Position numbers and translations under genes: made by a program. 64,000 bases of DNA from Eledone cirrhosa (taxonomy: Eukaryota): assembly GCA_964016885.1 (NCBI GenBank), contig OZ024742.1, positions 135,718,001 through 135,782,000 of the forward strand, in the 5' to 3' direction. The notes below the pieces were generated by a model. The model did not search any database, was not told where the DNA came from, and saw only the letters and a list, made by a program, of their open reading frames with translations. Positions 13,011 through 27,103 of the stretch are shown here, piece by piece; within the stretch, counting starts at the first letter, position 1, and every line of letters starts with the position of its first letter.

Positions 13011-13269
13011 CTGGGCTCCATATCATTAAATTACCCAAGATACCTCCAACGAGATATACCTTGGAGGAGGCTAGCTAAACCTGCACAGGTGTGACCCACA
13101 CATACAAACGCACATACGTCTCCGTCATGTGTTAAGTATGCATTACCATTTTACATTTAACTTTTCTTTATTTTCAATTTACTCTCTTATCCTTCGTTTT
13201 GCTTTTAGGGAGGCAAAACAAAGAGTAATCAGAAGAAGGGTTGTAAGTATAAAATCCAAACTTTAATTT

Positions 13270-13560
13270 GGTGATCGTGCCAACCCTTACCTACGGTCAT
13301 AAATCTTGGATGGTCACCGAAAGAATACGATGGCGAATACAAGCGTCCGAATTGGGTCCGAAGGATCTTTGTAGTAACGTTATACGATAGAGTGCATAGC
13401 TCAGAGATCAGAGTGTCGCTCCAGGTAGAGCTAATACTTCTCCGAATTGAGAGATCACAGCTCCTATACTACGGGCATGTGGTTAAAATGCCACAGGAAT
13501 GAATCCCTCGACAGGTTTTGCGGGCGAAACCAACCAGCAGGAGACCCAGAGGAAGACCCC
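13270..13560 (+). mobile_element. RTE-clade LINE ORF 3' fragment
   Basis: VPTLTYGHKSWMVTER..SQLLYYGHVVKMPQE*IPRQVL..RRPRGRP, typical RTE C-terminus. Confidence 0.8.
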
Positions 13561-13674
13561 TCGTTATTATTCCCACCACCACCACCACCACCACCACCAA
13601 AACCATCATCTTCATCATTATCATCACCTTTTCCCCAAAAGACCAACCTCATCATCATCATCATCATCTACCGC

Positions 13675-14055
13675 GGTTAGCTTTGCTTTTCATCCTTACG
13701 GGGTCGATAAAATAAGCACCAGTAATGTACTGGGATTGACTTAATTGACTTTCCCCTCCCCCAAATTGCTGTCCATGTGCCTATAGTAGAAATCATTATT
13801 ATTATTATTGCTCTTTTTGTTGCTATTATTATTATTGGATTGTTAGAATCGGTAGAGCGTCACGACATCATGCTTAGCGGCATAGACTTACGGCCTTTTA
13901 CGGTCTTAGTTCAAATCCTGCCGACGTCAGCTTTGCCTTTCATCCATACGTGATCGATAAAATAAATTACCGTTAATATACTGGGGTCAGTTTAATCGAC
14001 TTCCCCTCCTTCCCTCAAATTGCTGGCCTTTTGCCTATAGAAGAAATCATTATTA
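13675..14055 (+). mobile_element. Two SINE family 1 copies (5'-truncated 13675-13800; full ~13835-14055)
   Basis: Core TTTGCCTTTCATCC..GATAAAATAA..ACCAGTAA; tail GCCTATAGTAGAAATCATTATT. Confidence 0.85.
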
Positions 14056-14649
14056 TTATTGTTCTTGGTCTTTTTGATGCTATTATTATTGGTTTGACTG
14101 ATGAACAATAATCAGGGTGTACTTGCAGGTTAATTTTCAAGATGGGACATAAAATGAAGATCCAGAGAAAGAACGGGAGATTGTGTGTGAGAAAGAGTAA
14201 GAGAAAGGGTGTGGGAGAGAGCGAGAGAGAGAGAGAGAGTGTGTGAGAGAGAGAAAGAGAGAGGGGGGGCTGGGAGAGGGAGAAAAGGCATAGGAGAGAT
14301 GGGTGGGTGGGAAGATAAGGGCATAATGGTAATAAAATGGAATAACTTTCTCGAAGAGCAGCCGAATAAACTGACGGGCGAAAGAAAAATGTGCTCCAAA
14401 GAGCAATAGACAATTGAAAGCAACAAACATAAATACATAAAGACATAGAATAAAATAAAGATGTCGGAATTAAACCATCCACGACGACGTTCTTTGACAC
14501 AGCTTAATTGTGTTTCATGGATATTATATATGTGTAGGCGGAGAGAAGTATCGATGGAGATGGCCAAGCGTAGGACTAACTACTAGATTCACTCTGCATA
14601 CCGATTATAGTAGTCAGTGTTAAACCTAATATAAATCATGCCTACAGAA

Positions 14650-15120
<471 letters not shown>

Positions 15121-15345
15121 ATAATGTGAGAAGGAAATATTGTTCTTGCCTGAATTTCTGAGACGGGGGATTATTGTTATTATGAAGGGCTTTATTAGGA
15201 CTAGTGTTCTTATCTTAGTACAATAGCCGAAACCTTGTGACTTGACAACCATGATGAGTATACTAGTCTGAATAAAATAGTTTAAGATGATATATTATCG
15301 AAACTGTCCAGCAAACAAGAGGTGTTTATAGCTCTTAAAATAACA

Positions 15346-15760
15346 GACGGAGATGGGTACATAATGGTTGAGAACTTGTCTGGCAAACAAGAGGTCTGAG
15401 GGCGACACCCATGTGTGGTGATGCCTAAATTTTTCCATTTAATGGTTTTCTAAGTCCCGTTATCATTTAACTATTTCATTTAATCGACGTTACAGCGAAA
15501 TCTTATTCAATTTTCAAATTCCACCCGGAGTTTTCTCATATAAAGTTTTGATTACATATCGCTATCAGGTTAAAACTCCTAAAATATTATGGACGTAGAT
15601 GGGTATCTAATGGTTATGCACTTGTTTGGCAAGTAAGAGGTGTGAGTTCGCCTCCCATATATGTTAATGCCCATCTCCTTTTGTTCAGCAGTTTTATACA
15701 CCCCGTTATTATTAGACTATTTTATCTTGACAAAGTTACGGTGATATCTTCTAATTCAAT
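15346..15760 (+). repeat. Degenerate ~246-bp tandem with tRNA-like head
   Basis: GACG.AGATGGGTA..TAATGGTT..ACTTGT.TGGCAA..AAGAGGT at 15346 and 15592; anticodon-arm-like CTTGT-TTGGCAA-GTAAG. Confidence 0.45.
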
Positions 15761-15812
<52 letters not shown>

Positions 15813-15813
15813 T

Positions 15814-15993
15814 AATGAAGGAAATGTGGTAAGGAACCAGGTGGACCATAACGCACCAAAGTGCTCAATACTTAGGGTAGTAGAGTGGGTAATAGGAACA
15901 AGTAAGACCCCGACGGCTGAGCTCAAGCCGTTTCGACGGCTAATTCAGTACAGAATTCAGTACAGAATTAGCCGTCGGGGTCTTACTTGTTCC

Positions 15994-15994
<1 letters not shown>
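15814..15994 (-). mobile_element. Fold-back element family A, copy 2
   Basis: Same tail as 5667; right arm has a deletion between the two GCCGTC motifs; loop has duplicated AATTCAGTACAG. Confidence 0.85.
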
Positions 15995-16026
<32 letters not shown>

Positions 16027-16070
16027 AAGTTAAATAAAAGTCAAATGTTTAAAATTTACCTTCGTTTATT

Positions 16071-16125
16071 ACTGCTATATATATTTCAGTGACAACCATC
16101 TTTGGCTGTGACCTCTTCAGGCAGT
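16071..16125 (-). ncRNA. Type I hammerhead ribozyme motif
   Basis: ACTGC-CTGAAGA-GGTCACAGCC-AAAGAT-GGTTGTCACT-GAA-ATATATAT-A-GCAGT: 5-bp stem I, palindromic stem III. Confidence 0.85.
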
Positions 16126-17271
16126 CCGAATTAGTGTGGTATAGACAAGTACATATGTTGTTGAGGTGTATAATTTTGTCAATACTCTGATATGCCCAGT
16201 TCCTGGTTGGGTTGTTATTTCACTGAGGAACTGGAATCATATATATATATATATATATATGATTTCTCCCGAATTAAACAGTTCTAGTCCTGTAGAAGCC
16301 ATTTCTATATTAAATATATATATATACCTTTGTGTGTTATGCATGACTTAAGTTAGCGAGGATTCTTCATTTTATTTCATTGCTAGATCTCTTTGGATTT
16401 GCTAATTTGATATTTATATCAGTGTGGATATCATGAAAGTGTGTGAACTGATTTAGCTTTGAAAGACTTCTTTCCCATCGGACAATGTTTTAGTCATGCT
16501 AGATAGGGTCGAAAGGCGTGGCTGCATTAACTCCTCACCTGGACCCTAGGGCTTCAGGTATTTCAGGCCCCTCAGGGCACTTCATTTCTTCACACAAACT
16601 ACAGCTGATAAAACTTCTCGATAGTCTAGTTCTTGCAGATGCCTAGAATTTAACCTTATGAATAATACGGCTATGTCGAAAGGATGAAACTGCGTAGCCT
16701 CAGATATTTCTGGAAGAACACCTACGTGTGTTGCCATAATGAGATGTTGCCGTCGCCTTTAATTTTATGCATTGAACAGAAAAACAAGTTTGTGTATTCG
16801 ACGAGCCAGGTTTAAAACGAGTACTAATCTTTTTCATTTATCCATTATTAGCTACGTATTTATAACACGGTTCTTGCTGACTCGGCCATACCTGATGCTA
16901 AACTGTTCGAGTTAATGTTCCAATTTATTACGTATTTTGTATGTCAGATGTCATTATGAATAGAATCTCTAATTTCTGCACAGCAGGTGGCCCGCTTTCT
17001 TGGATATTCAAATATATAGAGTTTGCACCAGGCGAAATCGTTTCTATTGATACTAACATTAATTGTTTCTACTTTTGGCTCAAGGCCAACAATTTGAAGG
17101 AAAAGGGAATGTCGATCAAATCGACCCAGTGCATAACTGGTAATTTATTTTATCGAAGTCTGGAAGGAGGAAAGGCAAAGCTAATCTCAGAGGTATTCGA
17201 TCTCAAAAAGTAAACGACCGTAAGTATCTATATGTTACAAAGCTGCTGTCAGACGCTCTGCCTATATTGCT

Positions 17272-17376
17272 GAGAAGAAGAAGAAGAAGAAGAAGAAGAA
17301 GAAGAAGAAGAAGAAGAAGAAGAAGAAGAAGAAGAAGAAGAAGAAGAAGAAGAAGAAGAAGAAGAAGAAGAAGAAG
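17272..17376. repeat. (AAG)n microsatellite
   Basis: Pure run. Confidence 0.97.
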
Positions 17377-17669
17377 ACTGAGGACCCTTCATTTATGACA
17401 CAGTCTAGGTTGACAACTGCGAAGTTGTTTAGTGAGAAAAAACTATCAGGCGCCCGTGAATGTCAGGCTCGTCTCTCTACGTCTTCTATGTTGTCTAAGG
17501 AAAAAGAAAAGATCGATACTGCTTGGAAGCAGAGCCATTGCATTTTATTTCTTTATTAATTTGAGCAGCTTGAGCAACGAGAAAGAACTCAGTTTACAAC
17601 CTTAGAATCGTAAGCTCAAATAGCTAACCAGTAAGCCACATAACTTCGCTTACTACTACTAGTACAATA

Positions 17670-17890
17670 AGGTTTTCTGATTTAGGCACGAGGCTAACAA
17701 TTTGGTGGAGGGGAAAGATCATTAAAGCGACCCCAGCGCATTACTGGTACAATGTTTTATTGATTCCGTAAGGATGAAAGGCAAAGATTGCCAAAGCTGG
17801 ATGTGAACTCAGAACATAAAAGAACGTAACTATACAGCGCAAAGTATGCTGTCCGACGATCTACCGATAACTGCCAATCGACCTCCCTAA
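17670..17890 (-). mobile_element. SINE family 1
   Basis: Reverse complement of core (GTAAGGATGAAAGGCAAAG..GAACTCAG). Confidence 0.8.
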
Positions 17891-18162
17891 AAATAATGAT
17901 ATTAATAATAATTAGAACAATGATGTTGGTGAGGATGATGATGATGATGATTATGATGGTGGTGGTGGTGGTGGTGGTGGTGGTCATGATGATAATCATC
18001 ATCATGATTACTGTTCTTGTTGCCACACATATTCCATTTCAGTTATTTTTACCATTACCATCATTATCTCTATCTTTACTGTCACCATCAGCATTACTTT
18101 ACACTGCACCAATACTGCCACTTTTATTATCCTCGTAAACATAACAGCATTATATAAATATA

Positions 18163-18580
18163 GTGGTGGATTGGCAGTATCGGTAGAGGGTCAGACGCCA
18201 TGCTTTCCAGCATAGTTACGTCCCTTTACGATAGCATATATAAGGCGGTGGATTGGCAGTATCGGTAGAGGGTCGGACGCCATGCTTTCCAAGATAGTTA
18301 CGTCCCATAACGATCTGATTTCAAATCGCGCCGAGGTTGACTTTGCCTTTCATCCTTACGGAGTCGATAAAATAAAGTACCAGTAATGCACTCTGGGTAA
18401 TTGCTGGCCTTGTGCCCAAAGTAGAAACAATTATATAAATATATTAAGGCGGAGAATAGGCTGAATCGCTAGAACGTTGAATAGAATGTTTTGTGGTTCG
18501 GCTCTCTACGCTCTGAGTTCAAATCACGCCATTGTACCTTTGCCTTTCATATATTCGAGGTCGATAAGAAATTACCAGAT
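18163..18580 (+). mobile_element. SINE family 1 cluster (head duplicate 18163-18232; full 18243-18432; older copy 18448-18580)
   Basis: GGCGGTGGATTGGCAGTATCGGTAGAGGGTCGGACGCC head, TTCAAATC B-box, core, GTAGAAACAATTA tail. Confidence 0.88.
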
Positions 18581-19296
18581 CGATTCTTCCTCTATATATA
18601 TTTCCCATTTCCATTCTCTTACTCTCTATCCTTTTCTGGAATAAATCTGCAATAATCTGTGATGCAAAGGAGAAAGTTTCTGCCAGGTTTTAAAATACGA
18701 CAGAAATGCCGTTTGTCAATGCGATGCACCTACGAATGCCTCGTGAGTTACAGGACTAAATAGAAAGTTAAATATGGTAAATGGTTCTCCGTCAGTTTCG
18801 ACAATGATTATTTCAGTTGTGCAATCAACTGAAGTGCCTATTCATAGAATTATAAATGATTGGTCATTCCACAAACAGATGCGGATTTCTTGCAGAGAAG
18901 GATAGAAAATAAGAAAGAGGAAGTGAGAAATAGATAAAGAGAAAGAATCAACAACTAGTACGAGACTGGTACTTTTTTTATCGAACTTGAAAAGATGAAA
19001 AGCAAATTTGACCTCCGCGAAATTTGAACACAGAGGCCAGAGACCCAGAACGAATAAGACAATCCACTCTCTCCGAGGTTCTAGCGACTCTGTCGATGCG
19101 CCGCAGTCACCAGCCATTATAGCCACCACCATCAAGAACAATTACTACAATAACAACAACGCCACCACCACCACCATTATTCTAACCCTATTAGTATAAT
19201 TAACTTCATCTCTTCCAATATTTCAAATGATCCCACTAACACAGTCTTGTGTATTACTTCCACTACTAATACCACAATAACAGCCACCACTAGAAA

Positions 19297-19610
19297 TAAT
19301 TGTTTCTACTTTCGGCACAAGGCCAGCAAATACCCAGTACATTACTGGTACTTTATTTTATCGACCTCGTAAGGATGAAAAGCAAAGAAATAATGATTTC
19401 TATTATACGCACAAGACCAGTAATTCGGGGTCAGGGAAAAGTCGATTAAATCGATCCCAGTACGTTACTGGTATTTTATTTTATCGACCCCGAAAGGATG
19501 AAATGCAAAGTTAACCGCGGCGGGATTTGAACTCAGGCCGTAAAGGGAAGTAACTTTATGTTGCTATGCATGGTGTCCGACCCTCTACCGATATTGCCAA
19601 CTCACCGCTA
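19297..19610 (-). mobile_element. Two SINE family 1 copies (short-variant 3' part plus long variant)
   Basis: Reverse-complement core at ~19350-19385 and ~19470-19535. Confidence 0.85.
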
Positions 19611-19769
19611 GAAATAATGCAATCAACAACATTACCACTACAGCCAACACCCCACACTACCACAACAATTACAAGTAACAATAGCACTACGTGTAACGAC
19701 ACCACCACTACCATTAATACCATTACACGCTCCACCACTAGAACAGGTGATATCACCACCACAACCGTT

Positions 19770-19948
19770 AGCAGTATCGGTAGAGGATCGGACGCCATGC
19801 TTTGACGCATAAAGTTACGGCCCTTTCCATTCTGAGTTCAGATCCCGCCGATGTTAACTTTGCCTTTCATCCTTACGGGGTCGATAAAATAAAGTACCAG
19901 TAATGCACTGAATAATTGCTGGCCTTGTGCCAAAAAGTAGAAACTATT
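19770..19948 (+). mobile_element. SINE family 1
   Basis: GCAGTATCGGTAGAGGATCGGACGCC..GTTCAGATCC..core..GTAGAAACTATTA. Confidence 0.88.
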
Positions 19949-19964
19949 ACTATCACCCACTCCA

Positions 19965-20226
19965 CTACAACTACCAATACCATACGCCAGCACTAATACT
20001 ACCAATGCCATAAACACCACCACAAGTAATACCAACACTATCACTACCACTACCATTAGAACTAATACTATCACCTACAACTACCAATACCATACGCCAG
20101 CACTAATGCTACCAACGCCATAAACACCACCACAAGTAATACCAACACTATCACTACCACTACCATTAGAACTAATACTATCACCTACAACTACCAATAC
20201 CATACGCCAGCACTAATACTATCACC
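19965..20226. repeat. 110-bp minisatellite, ~2.4 copies
   Basis: CTACAACTACCAATAC at 19965, 20075 and 20185. Confidence 0.9.
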
Positions 20227-20614
20227 CTCGCCACCATCAACAACATACTTAAACAACTCTCTCGTTCCCCCGCTGTTTCCTTAACCGTCATCTCTACCAT
20301 CAGAAATCCCACCACACAAAACCCTTCCAAACATCCCACCACACATCATACACCACACCATTACTGCATTCCTCGCGAAATGCTGATAATCAGTGATCTT
20401 ATATTATCTACCTCCACCCTATGTAACCCCCTACACCTTATATTGCCCCCCCCCCCCTACACTTCACATCCCCCACCCATGTCTATTCCCAGTCTATCTT
20501 TCTGATAAACCCCGCCCTCACCCCTACTAATCTGTCATCTAATTTGTCAGAAACTTTAGTGACTGTTGGCATATTGACTGAAGAATTAATTAGTCTTTAA
20601 ATTGTAACTGGTAT

Positions 20615-21455
20615 CGGTTGGTTGATTGGTTGGCTGGTTCGTTGGTTAGTTGGTTGACTGGCCGGCTGTTGGGCTATTTGGCTGGTTGGCTGGTTGGCGG
20701 TGTATTGGTTGGTGGTGTGGTTGGCGGTAAGGTTGGTTGGCTGGTTGGCTGGTTGGGGTGTGGTTGGCTGGTTGGCGGTACGGTGGCTGGTTGGTGATTG
20801 GCTGGCTGGCTGGCTGGAGTGTGGTTGGCTGGTTGGCGGTGTGTTGGCTGGTTGGTTGGCTGATTGGATTGTGGTTGGCTGGTTGGTGGTGCTTTGGCTG
20901 GTTGGCTGGTTGTGGGTGTGGTTGGCGGTGTGGTTGGCTATTTGGCGGTGTGGTTGGCTGGTTGGCTGGTTGGCTGGTTGGCTTTTGGTGGTGTGGTTGG
21001 CTGGTTGGTTGGCTGGTGTTGTGGTTGATTGGTTGGCTGGTTGTGGTGTTGTTGACTGGCTGGCTGGTTGAGTGTGGTTGGTTATTTGGCGGTGTGGTTG
21101 ACTGGTTGGCGGTTTGGTTGACTGGTTGGCTGGTTGGAGTGTGGTTGGCTATTTGGCGGTGTGGTTGACTGGTTGGCTGGTTGGCGGTTTGGTTGACTGG
21201 TTGGCTGGTTGGCGGTGTGTTGACTGGTTGGCTTGTTGGCGGTGTGATTGGCTATTTGGCGGTGTGCTTGACTGGTTGGCTGGTTGGCGTTGTAGTTGGC
21301 TATTTGGCGGCGTGGTTGACTGGTTGGCTGGTTGGTGGTGTGGTTGGCGGGTGGCTGGCTGGCGGCGGTGTGGTTTGCTGGTTGGCTGGATGGAGGGTGT
21401 GGTTGGCTGGTTGGTTGGTTAGTTGGTTGGCTGGCCGGCTAGTTGGCTGGTGGTA
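20615..21455. repeat. Degenerate (GGTT/GGCT)n array
   Basis: Directly visible. Confidence 0.92.
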
Positions 21456-21514
21456 TGGATGACTGGAGGGTAGAAGAATGGGTGTAATAATGGGTAGTCG
21501 TACTTGAGGAGATG

Positions 21515-22292
21515 CGGTTGTTGTTGTTGTTGGTGGTGGTGGTGGCTGTGGTGGTGGTAGTGGTAATAGAGGTGGTGGTGTTGAGACTGCTGTAGTTGTT
21601 GTTGGTGGTGGTGATGGCGGTGGTGGTGGTAGTGGTAATAGAGGTGGTGGAGTGGTTGTATGTCGTGGTGTTGAGACTGCTGTAGTTGTTGTTGTTGTTG
21701 TTGGTGGTGGTGGAGTTGTGGTGGTGGCGTTGCCGTTGTTTCTATTGGTGGTGGTGTTGGTGATAGTGGTGACGACGCCGTTGTTTGTATTGGTGGTGGC
21801 GTTGCCGTTGTTGGTGGTGGCGTTGCCGTTGTTTCTATTGGTGGGGATATTGGTGGTGGTGGTGGTGGTGGCGTTGCTGTTGTTTCTGGTAGTGGTGCTG
21901 GCGGTGATAGTGGTGGTGGTGCTTGTACTGGTGCTGGTGGCGGCTGGTGGTGGAGGTGGTGGTTTTGGTGGTGATGGTGGTGATTGTGGTGGTGGTGGTG
22001 ATGGTGGTGGTAGTGGTGTTGTTGTCGTTGGTGGTGGTGGTGGTGGTGGTGTTGATGGTGGTGGTGGTGCTGACGGTGATTGTGGTAGTGGTGTTAATGG
22101 TGGTGGTGATGATGGTGGTGGTGGCAGTGGTGATGGTGTTGGTGGTGATGATGGTGGTGGTGGCAGTGGTGATGGTGTTGGTGGTGGTGGTGGTGATGTT
22201 GGTGGTAGTGGTGTTGTTGTTGGTGGTGGTGGCAGTGGTAGTGGTGTTGGTGGTGGTGGTGATCGTGGTGGTAGCGGTGTTGTTGTTGTTGG

Positions 22293-22323
<31 letters not shown>

Positions 22324-23220
22324 GCTGGCGGAGATTGTGGTGGTGGTGGTGGTGGTGGTGGTGGCAGTGGTGGTGGTGTTGGTGGTGGTGGTGATGATGG
22401 TGGTAGTGATGTTGTTGTTGTTGGTGGTGGTGGTGGTGGTGGTGGTGGCAGTGGTGGTGGTGTTGGTGGTGGTGGTGATGATGGTGGTAGTGGTGTTGTT
22501 GTTGTTGGTGGTGGTGGTGGTGGTGGGTCTGCTGTTGGAGGAGGATATTAGTGGTCCTTATAGTTCAGGTAGTAGTGATTATAATGGTAATACGAGTGGT
22601 GTTAGTAGTAGTGGTGATGGTGGTATTGATGTACTAATCGTGATATTAGTCATATTGTTGTTTAGTGGAATAAGTAGTAGTTGTCGCCGTAATACTAGTG
22701 GTGTTTGTAGTTCTAGTAGTTTGGATGGAGGTGGTGGTGGTGGAGTTGATGATGGCGGTGGTGGTGGTGGTGGTATTGGTGGTGGAGGCGGTGTTGGTGG
22801 TGGTGGTGTGGGTAGTGATGGTGGTGTTGCTGTTGGTGGTGTTGGTGTTGGTGTTGGTGGTGATGGTGGTGTTGGTGGTGATGGTGGTGATGGTGTTGGT
22901 GGTGGTGGCGTTGGTGGTGATGGTGGTGGTGTTGGTGGTGATGGTGTTGGTGTTGGCGGTGTTGATGGTGATGGTGGTGATGGTGGTGGTGGTGGTGTTG
23001 GTGGTGGTGTTGGTGGTGATGGTGGTGGTGGTGGTGGTGGTGATGGTGTTGGTGTTGGTGGTGTTGGTGGTGATGGTGGTGATGGTGGTGGTGGTGGTGT
23101 TGGTGGTGGTGTTGGTGGTGATAGTGGTGATGGTGATGGTGTTGGTGATGATGGTGGTGGTGGTGGTGGTGGTGGTGGTGGTGGTGTTGGTGGTGATGAT
23201 GGTTGTGGTGGTGGTGGTCA
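21515..23220. repeat. Degenerate (GGT)n-derived array
   Basis: Directly visible; source of the poly-V/poly-G ORFs. Confidence 0.92.
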
Positions 23221-23907
23221 GCTGCTGCTGGTACTATTTGTACTTATTGGTAGACATAGGAACAATATTGTTTAAGGTCACGTCAGCAAGCTTCCTGAAG
23301 AACTATGATCAAAATGGTCCAACCATGACAATCCAGCCTCTGTTTTTGAATATCTAGCAATGTATTTGATCAAGCCGTCCTTCTTTTTACAAGATGACAG
23401 CGTGGCATTTAATTGAGCTTTAACTGCTATTAAACAACTACATGGGGACATTCTTGTTGGTTTGTATCGGTGGTACTGATGATGATGATAATGATGATGA
23501 TGATGATGATGATGATGACGATGATGATGATGATGATGATGATAGTTGTGGAAATATTGAATAATTAACAATGATGGTATAGGTGGTGGCTGTAATGGTA
23601 GTGGTTGGTTTTGGTGGTGGTGGTGGTGGTGTTGGCGGTGGTGGTGTTGGTGGTGGTGCTGGTAATGTTGGTGACGTTGTGGTGGTAGTGGTGGTGGTAG
23701 TGATGGTGGTGGTGGTGGTTTTGGCGCTGCTGGTGGTGGTGGTGGTGGGGGGGGGGTCATGGTGGTCATGGTGGAGATGGTGATGGTGATAGTGATGGTG
23801 GTGGTGGTGGTGGTAGGTGGAGTGGGCTTACCTGAGTGAGGGTGAGCAGCTGATGGGTAATAGGATTTGGTACCATTAGTTTATTGGTGGTAGTAAGTAG
23901 TACTAAT

Positions 23908-23949
<42 letters not shown>

Positions 23950-23950
23950 C

Positions 23951-23991
<41 letters not shown>

Positions 23992-24392
23992 CGTCGGTGG
24001 TGCTGTTGGTGGTGGAGGTCTTGTCGACATCGTCGAAGAGAAAAGATTTCTGTGGTATATCAGCGTTCTATGGGTGAATATGTGTAGAGTTGGGGAAGAT
24101 GTATGTTAGGGGGCAAACATTAAACGGTGAGTGGACAGTCATTTCGTTGGTGGCTCTTATCATTTGTATAAATGAAGCAATGGCATCTTCACAGATAAGA
24201 TTGGTATGTGTGTTGATGTAGTGGTGGTGATGGTGTCGGTGTTGGTGGTAGAGGTAGAGGTGGACGTGGTAGGGGTAGAGGTGGACGTGGTAGAATACTA
24301 GGTGGAGTGTATATAGTAATTTAGGTGTGCATGCATGGTGGTGGAGGGCTTCGGTGGCTATGTGTGCATTGTGAGTTCCGCAAGTGTGTGTG

Positions 24393-24477
<85 letters not shown>

Positions 24478-24622
24478 TACGTTTATGTTTGTGCGTGTGT
24501 TTCTGCGCGTTTCTGTGTGTTTATAGCTCTGCCTCTGTGTGAGGGGAGGGTGTAATTGTGAGTATATGTGTACGGTATTTGGGCATAGTCCCATAAGATT
24601 TGCGGATGGCGATCCATAATTT

Positions 24623-24672
24623 TGTAGTAGTAGTAGTAGTGGTGATGGTAGTAGTAGTAGTAGTAGTAGTAA

Positions 24673-24713
<41 letters not shown>

Positions 24714-24717
24714 TTTT

Positions 24718-24753
<36 letters not shown>

Positions 24754-24842
24754 GCAGTAGTAGAAGTAGTGCGGTAGTAGTAGTAGTAGTAGTAGTAGTA
24801 ATGGTGGTGGTGGTTGTGGTGGTTGTCGTCGTCGTCGTCGTC

Positions 24843-24913
<71 letters not shown>

Positions 24914-25001
24914 GGTGGTGGTCGTCGTTGTAGTAGTAGTAGTAGTAGTTGTAGTAGTTGTAGTAGTAGTAGTAGTAGTGGTGTTGGTGGTCGTCGTTGT
25001 C

Positions 25002-25055
<54 letters not shown>

Positions 25056-25166
25056 TTGGTGGTCGTCGTTGTCGTAGTAGTAGTAGTAGTAGTAGGAGTA
25101 GTAGTAGGAGTAGTAGTAGGAGTAGTAGTAGGAGTAGTAGTAGGAGTAGTAGTAGGAGTAGTAGTG
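24623..25166. repeat. (TAG)n/(GTC)n/(GGT)n compound array
   Basis: Directly visible. Confidence 0.95.
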
Positions 25167-25371
25167 TTGCCGTTGTTGAGACACAAGTCAGTCCTGATTG
25201 AACAGAATTCTCATCAAATACATTCCGTTCTTCTTTTTTTATCGGCATAATGTATTGCGGTCTTCATTAACCAATATGACCCCTTTTTAGGAGGATGAGT
25301 GATGATTTGAAGGAGTTTTGGTTTTTACTTCATGCCTAGTGGACTACGTATCTGGTAGGTTAGGTTAAATA

Positions 25372-25552
25372 TAATTGTTTCTACATTTGGCACAAGGCCA
25401 GCAATTACCCAGTACATTACTGGTACTTTATTTTATCGACCCCGTAAGGATGAAAGGCAAAGTTAATCTCGACGGGATTTGAACTCAGACCGTAAAGGGA
25501 CATAACTATTCTTTAAAGCATGGCGTCCGACTCTACCAATACTGCCAATCCA
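25372..25552 (-). mobile_element. SINE family 1 (short variant)
   Basis: TAATTGTTTCTAC..GGCACAAGGCCAGCAATTACCCAG..core..CTGCCAATCCAC. Confidence 0.9.
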
Positions 25553-26030
25553 CAATGGATAGACAATATACGCATGAGTTCGTCGATAGCTTTGGTTTAG
25601 AGTAAATTAGCGTTTGATTTAGGACAATGAACTGTTATGTTAGTAGGGTTGCTGAGATAACAGTGACGTGATCAAAGCTTATTTTTTTAAAAATCATAGT
25701 GTGACTAAAAGGAAGTTTATTATATGTAAATATATCGTATATGACCATACACACCCTGTTATGATTTTCACTATGAAAATGCTATTACTACAGCTTAGTT
25801 ATGGTAGTTTACGTATACACACACAAGTATTACTAGAGTCAAGTCGGCGAACTGCAGAGTTGTTAGAACGCCGGGTAGAATGCATTGCAATATTCGTTTC
25901 ATCTCTCTACTCTCTGATTTCAAATCCCACAGGGATCAACTTTGCTTTTCCTCCATTCGAATCGATGAAAAAATGTACAAGTCCAATACTGGGGTCAATT
26001 CTTCCCCCATATCACTTTCTCTCTTTCTCT

Positions 26031-26133
<103 letters not shown>

Positions 26134-26250
26134 AAAAAGAAAGAGAATCAGTGTTGCGACAAATGGAATATATTGGACATATTACAATCGTTTCTCTGGC
26201 GACCAGCTCGAGGCACGATCGATGTGATGATCGAACCTGACTCTGAAGAT

Positions 26251-26404
26251 CGTAAGGTACTCAATACAAAGCAGAGTATAAATATTTAATATAGAAAAGG
26301 CTTCTACAGGACTAGAAATGTTACATTCGGGAGAAATCACCAGAGCTTCCTGACGATTTCTCCCGAATGAAACGGTTCTATTCTGGTAGAAGACTTTTTT
26401 ATAT

Positions 26405-26410
<6 letters not shown>
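26251..26410. mobile_element. Fold-back element family B with hammerhead (+26345-26392; left-arm copy degenerate)
   Basis: CTTC-CTGACGA-T-TTC-TCCC-GAA-T-GAAA-CGGTTCTATTCTGG-TA-GAAG; homologous to 48580-49235 and fragment 16260-16320. Confidence 0.75.
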
Positions 26411-26478
<68 letters not shown>

Positions 26479-26489
26479 CACATATATAT

Positions 26490-26625
<136 letters not shown>

Positions 26626-26864
26626 AAATATTCTACGTTCAAACCTGGAGAGAAGCTGGGCTCCGCCATATTTAAAAGTGCCCTAGAAAATGTCAATGAT
26701 ACGAAGGATTTCCTGGTGGAAATTCAGGTGTACACCGGGTTAGTATTCAGATTCGGGGTGAAAATCCAATTAGAAATTACGAATGGACCTGTTATTTTTA
26801 TCTAAAAACTTTTTTTCCAGTTACAAACCGCCCGTCCCTTTATTCTATCTTATTTCTCATTCTT

Positions 26865-26900
26865 TCTTCTGATGAAGGACTAGCGCCCGAAACGTTGAGA
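26865..26900 (+). ncRNA. Minimal type I hammerhead ribozyme motif
   Basis: TCTT-CTGATGA-A-GGAC-TAGC-GCCC-GAA-ACGT-T-GAGA; relative at ~63360 reads TAGC-GTCC-GAAACGTTAAGA, restoring the pairing. Confidence 0.8.
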
Positions 26901-26980
26901 CCAGCTATATCAAGCGTTAACCTAACATATCTCTTCCATATATAATGTACCGATTGTGTTGTTATTTCTATCTACTCTTT

Positions 26981-27103
<123 letters not shown>

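Noticed and set aside
15592-15665. tRNA-Ala gene
   Set aside because: Acceptor and T arms do not close properly and it is part of a degenerate tandem; treated as a tRNA-derived repeat.
20380-20612. Enhancer-like island with GATA/TGACA/TAAT motifs
   Set aside because: Short motifs are expected by chance; needs conservation or chromatin data.
21652-25250. Long poly-V/G/T/L/Y ORFs
   Set aside because: Translations of trinucleotide repeats, open in several frames, with no domain or splice support.
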